From NCBI RefSeq assembly GCF_964188315.1, contig NC_135667.1:24490001-24554000 (forward strand): a stretch of 64,000 nucleotides of DNA, written 5' to 3'. Origin of the DNA: Podarcis muralis (Eukaryota). The notes beneath the pieces were generated by a model, which was not told the DNA's origin, ran no database searches, and saw nothing but the letters and a program-made list of their open reading frames with translations. Made by a program: the position numbers and the translations under genes. Positions 55,868-64,000 of this stretch are shown here, piece by piece; positions within the stretch are counted from its first letter, which is position 1; the number at the start of each line of letters is the position of its first letter.

Positions 55868-56529
55868 CAAACTCTGGGATAGTCTATGGGATAAGCAGAA
55901 ATATATCACTGCAAATGGAACACTTGAACTTTGCAAGATAATATTTAATACACATAACACATTCATGTGTTCCATTGAAGTAAAAATTCAGTTCCATTGA
56001 ACTGAAAATTCTGAGAAAACTGGTTTCATGGCTGTGACCAAAAAGATGATGCATTTAAGTTTCCTTCCTGGCAGTAAGCAGGGGGGGGGGGGGAATCCAG
56101 AAACAACTTTCAAATCACAAAGCAGTTTCAGAAGAGGTTGCAAAACAATATATCCACCAGATGGTGGCCAAAGCAGGGTGTTCATATATGGTGCAGATCA
56201 GTGGCAGAGTGTATGCTTTGTAGGCAAAAAATAAATAAAATGCTGAATTTCTGGAACCTTGGGTGAAAAGATCCTAAAAGTCAGGTTAGTCAGTTCTGAG
56301 AAAAAAAATGATTTGGAGAGCTTTAGGGAAGACCTGCAAATGGGAAAATGCCAAGGGTGAATTTCCCAGAGGTATACTAGTGCATATGCATCCAAAAGGT
56401 ACTGCACAGCTGAATATGACTGAACACAAACACATTTGAGTATGTCAACATTTGAGTATGTCATGCTTTTCTTCTTATTATCTGTTCCCTTCTTCTCTTC
56501 TTCTTCTTCTTCTTCTTCTTCTTCTTCTT

Positions 56530-56790
56530 CTTCATTGTCATCATTATCATCGTCATCATTGTCGTCCATTTTTTAGAAAGCAACTGAACAACAAGGCATT
56601 CAGGGGAAAGATGGAACTCAGCAGTGCAGATGTAGTGGTTGAACATTTATCAAATCTGAGTATCTACAACATCGTTAAAACAAAACAACTAGAAGTGACT
56701 TTTAAAACTTTGAGGCAGCTGCCAAGACAAAATGCCTTAGGAAATATCAACACTCTTATAGACAAAATATAATCACATTTCTTTCTTATT
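56530..56790. repeat. Direct duplicate of ~63740-64000 (3' end and 3' flank of a V2R paralog)
   Basis: Near-identical sequence from ccattttttagaaagcaactg to aatcacatttctttcttat. Confidence 0.93.
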
Positions 56791-56868
56791 AGATGTTCCC
56801 TGTTGCTCAGACCAGGCTGCCAGTACTGCATAGTAGAATATAAATAAACACAGATATATCTAGGTACG

Positions 56869-57770
56869 TCATGCTTTTCTTCTTATTATCTGTTCCCTGT
56901 TATTCAACTCAGGCCTCAACACAATGATATAAAATTTGGGTGCAAATATGCAGCCCAGCAACCCAGCACTAGAGGCTAAAATAGAAAAGATCTCCACAGC
57001 TACCATGTACTTTCCCTTAGAGCTTAGATAGGTTGGGATAAAGGATAACCAAACACTGCAAAAGACCAACATGCTGAAGGTGATGAATTTGGCTTCGTTG
57101 AAACTGTCAGGTAACTTTCTGGCAAGGAAAGCCACACTGAAGCTGATAATGGCCAGAAAGCCCATATAGCCTAAAACACAATAGAAGAAAGTCAGAGATC
57201 CCTCATTGCACTCCAATATAAGTTCTTCTCTTACTGAATGAATGTCAACATCTGGGAATGGGGGAGAAGTTACCAACCACACAAAGCAAATGCCTGCTTG
57301 GATGAATGAGCAGGGAAGAACAATGGAGTTAGCTAATGACTTCCCCACCCAATTCCTCATGCTGGATCCCGGTCTGGTGGCCATGAAAGCCAGGACCACT
57401 GTGGTGGTTTTGGCCAACACACAAGAAACAGCTACTGAGAATATGATTCCAAAAGCAGTTTGTCGGAGAAGACATGTCACCTTCTGTGGCTGGCCAATGA
57501 ATAGCAATGAACAAAGGAAGCAGAGCAAGAGGGAGACAAGGAGAGTGTAGGTGAGGCCCCGGTTGTTGGCTTTGACAATGGGAGTGCTGCGGTGCTTCAG
57601 AAATGTTGCTAGCGCCAGAGCTGTGATCAAGGAAGAGAAAAGGGCAAAAAGGGCTAAAGCGACCCCCAGTGGTTCTTTGAAAGACAAGAAGGAAGCCAGT
57701 CTGGGAACACAGGAATCTTGGTTCTTGCTTGGATAGCTTACGTCACTGCATTTGGAACAGTCATTCATAT
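56869..57770 (-). CDS. V2R exon 6 (7TM domain)
   Basis: Acceptor TTTTCAG|AT; [29 protein letters not shown] motifs. Confidence 0.95.
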
Positions 57771-60700
57771 CTGAAAAGGGAAAGATAGGTGCTTTATGCC
57801 GCCATCTCTGCTAGTTCAAGGCAACCGGAGGAACACCAAATGGATACAATGCAAAGGAATGGTTATGTACCTTTTTATGTTCATCTGGTAACACTCTAAT
57901 GTTTAAGGAGAAGGTGGGGGCAGGTGAGATTTACATCCTTTGGAGCAATAAACATGTAGCCTGCATCTGCTGCATTGTCACTTGCTTCTGCTTTCTGCTG
58001 CTCTATCTTTGGTGTGCTCTGTTGTTTATCAAGAAGGTTTGACATCATTTGGCAATATATTTCTTACCGTGTTGGACTGAAATCTTCCCTTCTGGACATG
58101 GGATGCAATCATAGCAGCAAAATGGATCCCCTTCCTTCACTTTCTTGCTAAAACCAGGACGGCAACTTTCACTACATACAGAATGAGGCTTTGCCTAATC
58201 CACAAATGAAAGAGGACCATGTAAGTATTAAAGAACAAAAGAAGAACAAAATATGGCTCAAGGTGGTACCACCTCCGTTTTACTCCAGCCCTGCCCACTG
58301 AAATTACTAGCAATTGGCTCCTACCTGATTAAACCAGCTGTGCCACGTTATGGCACTCTCATTGAGGCTGAATACATTGCCCAGAAGACCTTGGGGGTCC
58401 ACCTGTCCAACTTTCACTCTATGAAAGGATTGGTTTGAAGAAAAAATCCAGTTGAAGATGTCAAATCCAGCTACTAACTCCCCATTCTGGTCAAAGGAAA
58501 CCTGGTCACCAGCACTGTTGTTAAAGGAGACTCTTCTCAGAAAGTGATGGAACTAGAATGCAAAGGGAAATGTAAGAGTGTAGGGCATGATGCATTTTAA
58601 CAGTAGTTCATTGAATCTTTTAGATGGAGTTATAAAAATGCTTTCCCTTGATGAAGAGATGTCCCCCCCACCTCTACTCCCCTTTCCTCAAATTGCAGTA
58701 TAGCAATAACCAAATGAGAAAGAGTATTCATACATTTAAAGTTTACTTTTGAGAAGCTTCACTGAAATCTTTTTAGTTATTCCTGACTGGTAGCCTCCTT
58801 AAATACACCTAGAAACAAATGGTTTCTCACGTTATTATTTAAAACAACAACAACAGTTTTTTGAGTATATAATTGTTTAAAAGAGTAGATAATATCTTGG
58901 TCTCGATATAGTTAGATACAGACATCCTTTTTCCTACTTCATAGAGAAATGACGTAATAGGAAATTGGGAGCCATATGAAGTTTGGGAGTCAGTTCACTT
59001 GGCTTTTTGAGCCTGGTGGAATGTGTGCATAGACAAGCTAGGTGCTGTACTCCTTGGGTCCATTACCTGCCAGAACTGTAGATTCCAAAGGTTCATCCCC
59101 CTTTCATCCCCCATTGCTCTGTATGGGAGTCTAGATGAGAACATCGTTTGTAAAGCATAGGCCACAGCATAGACAGCGTTGTAGATGCTGTAGCTGTGGC
59201 CAATCATCCTTGTTTCAAAAAAGGGCCCCGGAAGACTCTTCAGTTTCTCTTCCGCAGTACAAAAATCTCCACCCAATCGCTCAGTTACTCTATTTGCAAA
59301 TATACAACCAAATGCTTGTTGCCAGAAGTCCAGGATAAAGCCATCGCCTTTTGCATTCAGAGGCTTCCTATTCTCAACATAATGTTGAAATCCTGAAGGA
59401 TCCTTGGAGTGAATTGAGAAGGAGAGAGCACCATGGATCATGTCTATACTCCAAGTCCTTTGATGTGTGATAGATGTGAGCTCCATCTGGGCTGTCAGTA
59501 TCCACACAATACCTTTTTCTTTATTTGTCACATGTTGTTGTTCTGACAGGTATGAGAACCATCTCAATAATATAACTGAAAAAGATTCTCCATAGGCAAC
59601 CACTGCATTGGCTTTACCATCAATAATTTTATCATGTATTTTTGCCCCCTGAGTTAACATGCTATTAATTTCAGTGACAATTCCTTGTGTGTGACTTCTT
59701 TCTATGAAGGCAAAACAGATACCACTCTGGGAGAAAAGTGGAAATACAGTTTGGACAAATCTATCTCCATATTCATCATTGGTAGTAAGGATTCCAATCC
59801 ATATCCACTTGAAATGCAGAAGCAAAGAGAGAATCCCTGCATACTGAGTGGCTTCCTGAGGTGCCATCTGGTAAAAAGAAAGGCCTGGGGTTTTGTCATT
59901 CATCACTGGAGCAGGGCTATATATGAGCTAAAGGAGGTGTGAAGGAGAATAGAGAATGAGAGAAGTTCCACCCCCCCCCCTATTTGAAGTCTTCAAAGTA
60001 ATCTACATTCATCAAATGAACAATTCTTATAACTCTCTTGGAACGTTAAAATTGTATTCTTCCCATGTAGCATTTTGGCTTCAGTGACAAGTTACTGAAA
60101 CGTTACGCAGCTACTCTACTACTAGGGAAAATTCACTTTCCAGATGAGGTGTAGAAGAGGACCCCTCTGACTCCCACTCCCCTTCCAGGACCCCTGATGA
60201 CACTGTGGTAGGACCCTTATCCAGACCTCTGTGCTGATGTTCCACTTCTGCCAAATTGGAGGCTTCCTCCTTCTCCCCTTCAGAACAATCCTGCCAACCT
60301 CACTGTGTCCTGATTGTCTTCATGGGACCCATGATAAGTTTATGCTTTTAAAGTACATTTCTTAATTCAGATTTACAGATCAATTCAGCGGGCTGTATTG
60401 CTTGGCTTAGATTTGATGTCCATCTCTTTATAAGGAAAATCTACCTGTTTGCTCCAATTGTACCTCCTTCTGTCCCTTTCACCCTTTGTCTGCCTCTAAA
60501 AATCTGGAAGGATCTGTCCTACCTGTGGAATCTTGTAAATATCCAAGACTGTTGCCATGTGCAAGGAGGTCAGTGGGTCCAGTCCTCCAATAACTGCAAT
60601 GAGGTTATCCTGGATGTCACATTTGTAGTTTGGGAGATGTTTCCATGGTGTGAATATAAGTAGCAATGTAGCATGGTAGGTCCCTTTGGCAGTGAAATAG

Positions 60701-61964
60701 CTGTCATAAATGCGGAAACCCAAGGTGATGTTGGGCAACAGCTGAGGGTTTTCATTTATTTCCTTGATGGCAAAGGCCAAGGTGAGAATGTGTTGGTAAT
60801 TCTTTGTCACCACACTAGAAGGAGAGATGTGTTGTGTATGAGAATGTCATTCTCCAGTAGGGTTAGGGCACTGGTGGCCTATAGATAACCAGATCAAACT
60901 CATTAAGCCTTTTCAGCCATTCTCCACCCCAGCAGCGAAATAAATTGACAGGCTTAAAGCCACCATCTACTGCAGTGTGCTCTCATTACTGTACTTCCAA
61001 ATCATGCTTGGAGCAAGGAGGTAGCTGCAAGGGCTCTTCTGATTTCAGCCAAGCAGAGCAGCATACCTGCCCTGCTGCCTGCTTTCATCTAATTCCACCC
61101 ATGATTGTCAAAAACATATATTCATTTTGTTAAAAGGCCAATTCCATGGAAGCAACAAAGCAGTGCGCCTGTTGAAATATGTTAAATGAGCAAGCCATAT
61201 TTCCAGTATCAACTGAGAGGGCAGGAGACGGGAGTTTTAAATATCTCTTTCAGGTGACATCTCCCCAATGAAGAGGGCGATGTGTATGCATGTGTGGTTT
61301 GTGTGTTTGCCCTTTATGCATGTGTGTGTTTTGTGTACAGTACATGTAAAGGTTGTATACAAGAGATTTTAGAGATGCTGGCATGTGACTCTAGACGCAA
61401 AGGGTAGATATGGACCTTGGCTGAACATTTCCCCTCACCTGTGTACTGCATTTTGTAAGATGATCACCATCTTCATTACTAGAGCAATTAAATAGACAAT
61501 TTATTGAAGCAACACTTGGCTTAGTGGTCCTATATGAAGATTAAATAAGCAAACCATATAACAGTTAAATAAGCAAACCATACAAAGGTTGGTGTACTTC
61601 AACACTGCAGTTTATTGAGTGCTTGTTGCTGCAAACAGTATTAGCGGGGGTTCCACAGTGGAACCTATTAAAAGTGGAACAACTGCCAAGACACATTACT
61701 CAAGTGACAGAAAGAAAGAATAATGCATTAAAAACAAACTCCTTACAGAAGCTCTTCATGCAGAGTCTGTGGCGGAACCTCTGTGAAGGGGATGAAATTG
61801 GAGATGATGATGCTCTGGGAAACAATTCCACCAATGAAGAAGTCACCTGACTGCTGATAGTCCTGAAGTGGAGGGTGTGGATCTTTAACCCTGCAGGTAA
61901 CAGTGTGATCCTTGCATGCCATAGGAGGAAGCAGTATCAGAAGAAATGCTACTAGAATCTCCAT
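56869..61964 (-). CDS. Vomeronasal type-2 receptor (V2R), six exons, predicted 875 aa, intact
   Basis: Exons 61964-61747, 60814-60523, 59927-59067, 58552-58325, 58194-58068, 57770-56869 (218+292+861+228+127+902 = 2628 nt); all GT-AG with compatible phases; signal peptide, Venus-flytrap domain, cysteine-rich domain (CCYDCIPC) and class C 7TM ([15 protein letters not shown]). Confidence 0.93.
58068..58194 (-). CDS. V2R exon 5 (cysteine-rich domain)
   Basis: [42 protein letters not shown]; TAG| and |GTAAGA. Confidence 0.92.
58325..58552 (-). CDS. V2R exon 4
   Basis: [26 protein letters not shown]...ITWHSWFNQ; 228 nt, CTAG| and |GTAG. Confidence 0.92.
59067..59927 (-). CDS. V2R exon 3
   Basis: [13 protein letters not shown]...HFKWIWIG...[14 protein letters not shown]...FWQ; TTTAG| and |GTAATG. 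Confidence 0.92.
60523..60814 (-). CDS. V2R exon 2
   Basis: [28 protein letters not shown]...YKIPQ; 292 nt, TTCTAG| and |GTAGGA. Confidence 0.93.
61747..61964 (-). CDS. V2R exon 1
   Basis: Signal peptide [17 protein letters not shown] and [14 protein letters not shown]; donor |GTAAGG. Confidence 0.9.
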
Positions 61965-63669
61965 CCTGTATACATTATTATTATTATTATTAGTAGTAGT
62001 AATAGTAGTAGTAGTAGTAGTAGTATACAGCCCTTCCTCTGAAGATTGCAGGGCAGTTTACAATATTTTAAAAAAAGACAAAATGTGTAACATAGTAACA
62101 AAGGAATTAAGAATGAAGACAAAAATGGGGAACAAATCCAGACTGGTACACATAATTTTTCTTCTCATGTCCAAAATCAGAAAACAAATTACCATTCAAC
62201 AGCAATACAGCATTTTAAAAAGTGTGCACATTTTCCTTGCCTTTAAAATGACTTCTTCTGATTCCTTCTATTCCTGTCTTTTACGGTTCCAACTTAAATG
62301 CAGAACATCAGGGATCAAACTGGAAGTCTTTTGTCTATATTTTCTTCTGGCCCCAGATTGGAATACTATGAGGTATATTTATATCATCCTACAAATTTTG
62401 TAATTTGTTTATTTTTTGTTTTTGGAGGTGGCCACTGCAACTCCTTGGGGTTTTAGAAAAAGAGGGGAAATAATTATAGTCCTTTTGATAATTAAAAGGC
62501 AGGGTAATCTCCAGTCTGAAGTTGCGAATTCTCTGCGGAATTGCTGCAGACCGCCCCCCCCCCCCCCCCGAACAAATTTGTTCCTTTTCATTTAACTAAG
62601 TTGAGTTCTGGCCATAGAGAAAAGGGTCAAAATTCAGGACTGTTCTTTATTTTTAAGGACAAACTTTAATATTGATATGTGAGTGAATCGCATAATTGTT
62701 TGGGATAGAAACACATGAGCCAGTTTAATTAAAGGGCTAAGAAAACTAGGAATTATTATTATTATTAGGAATATTCATTTTTTATTGGTTATTTAAACAT
62801 GATTTTTTTAAAAAAGGAACCTAGGACTAGATACATAATTTTGAGGAAGATTTATACTGGGCAGCTGGTGAACAGTAGGTGGTGAGCAGCATTTCAGTCC
62901 CTGACTACAAGAACGACTCTGGACTTCAGACTGCAAGAAAATGAAGAGATAATTATACCCTTTTATTTCTCCTTCACGTTAACTTTTCCCTGATTCTAGA
63001 TATGTATCACTAAGTATGAGTTTAACAGGAAAGCAAGCAACTTATGTAAGGAACCGTGAGACAGTGAACCTGATAAGCAGCCACATATCTAGATTATCAA
63101 AAGAGACACGTGCAAAGTTTTATTGTCCTGCTTATGGTGACAAATGTACTGTGCATGTATTTCATGCGATACCTCAGATGCATTTTCATGATGTTCATTC
63201 GTTCCACTGAGCTGAAGCTTCTGAGAGAACATGTTTTATATATATTACCCATTTGTGCCCCCAAACACAAACTGTTATTTAGCAAAATACACAAGTAATT
63301 AGCAAGCCTTCAGTTTATAAGACATTCCCTTTTTAAGGGGGGGGGGGTGAGCAGGAATTTGCGGGAACTGAGTTCCCTTACCTTTTTTCTGCTGGGGCTG
63401 GAATGGATATACACCCAATGCCTGAGCCAAAAATCTACCTATATCTGTAATCAGTAAAGTTGTGGCCATATCTAATCCAGATCATTGTCTCCTTGGGTGT
63501 TTAAATCACATCTTACTTTAGCCACTGCCTGTGTTTGTGTGTGTGTGCGTGTGGCACTGCAACTAAGTCCACAGTAAACAAACCAACAAGCAGACAAGCA
63601 AGCAAGCAAGCAAGCAAGCAAACAAACTTCATGGTGAGTTCCTCTACCTTTTCTTCCAGAACATGACCC

Positions 63670-63711
<42 letters not shown>

Positions 63712-63780
63712 GTTATTATTATTATTATTATTATCATCATCATCATCATCATTGTCATCATCATCGTCGTCATCATCCAT
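63670..63780. repeat. (TAT)n(CAT)n microsatellite
   Basis: Direct reading. Confidence 0.95.
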
Positions 63781-63874
63781 TTTTTAGAAAGCAACTGAAC
63801 AACAAGGCATTCAGGGGAAAGATGGAACTCAGCAGTGCAGATGTAGTGGTTGAACATTTATCAAATCTGAGTAT

Positions 63875-64000
63875 CTACAACATTGTTAAAACAAAACAAC
63901 TAGAAGTGACTTTTAAAACTTTGAGGCAGCTGCCAAGACAAAATGCCTTAGGAAATATCAACACTTTTATAGACAAAATATAATCACATTTCTTTCTTAT
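63875..64000 (-). CDS. Probable C-terminal tip of the next V2R gene, entering from the right edge
   Basis: The duplicate at 56770-56830 extends this sequence into a V2R-like end (PGLSNREHLIRKK); frame is open from 64000 to TAG at 63875. The rest is outside the window. Confidence 0.35.
   Translation of the reverse strand: MRKKCDYILSIKVLIFPKAFCLGSCLKVLKVTSSCFVLTML

Noticed and set aside
56869-57768. Stand-alone single-exon 7TM gene
   Set aside because: It is exon 6 of the V2R; a phase-compatible acceptor lies 2 nt upstream of the ATG.

Overview
Vertebrate nuclear DNA, almost certainly a squamate reptile (Sauria SINEs, squamate-type CR1 tails, expanded V2R and OR14-like genes; a lacertid lizard is likely but is inference). 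The window is a chemoreceptor cluster: two family-6/11-like olfactory receptors (one cut by the left edge), seven OR14-like olfactory receptors (one has lost its start codon), and an intact six-exon vomeronasal type-2 receptor, with probably the 3' tip of another V2R at the right edge. The OR14 array was built partly by inverted duplications (two palindromes with ~0.5-0.6 kb spacers and a chimeric 3' flank). A complete, apparently very young chromodomain Ty3/Gypsy element (45602-51099; 408-bp LTRs identical by eye, GTAGT target duplication) lies in the predicted 5' intron of the last OR. It shows an 11-nt Tf1-type self-priming signal instead of a tRNA PBS, an H-type pseudoknot in the gag/pol overlap, and a Pol tail with an acidic FxGF motif that continues for 100 codons into the LTR. 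A separate solo LTR keeps an ORF in the same phase with a similar basic/LxCW signature. Taken together these suggest an LTR-encoded, host-factor-binding integrase extension, the best novelty candidate here. All alignments and counts were done by eye; no database search was possible, so novelty is not established.
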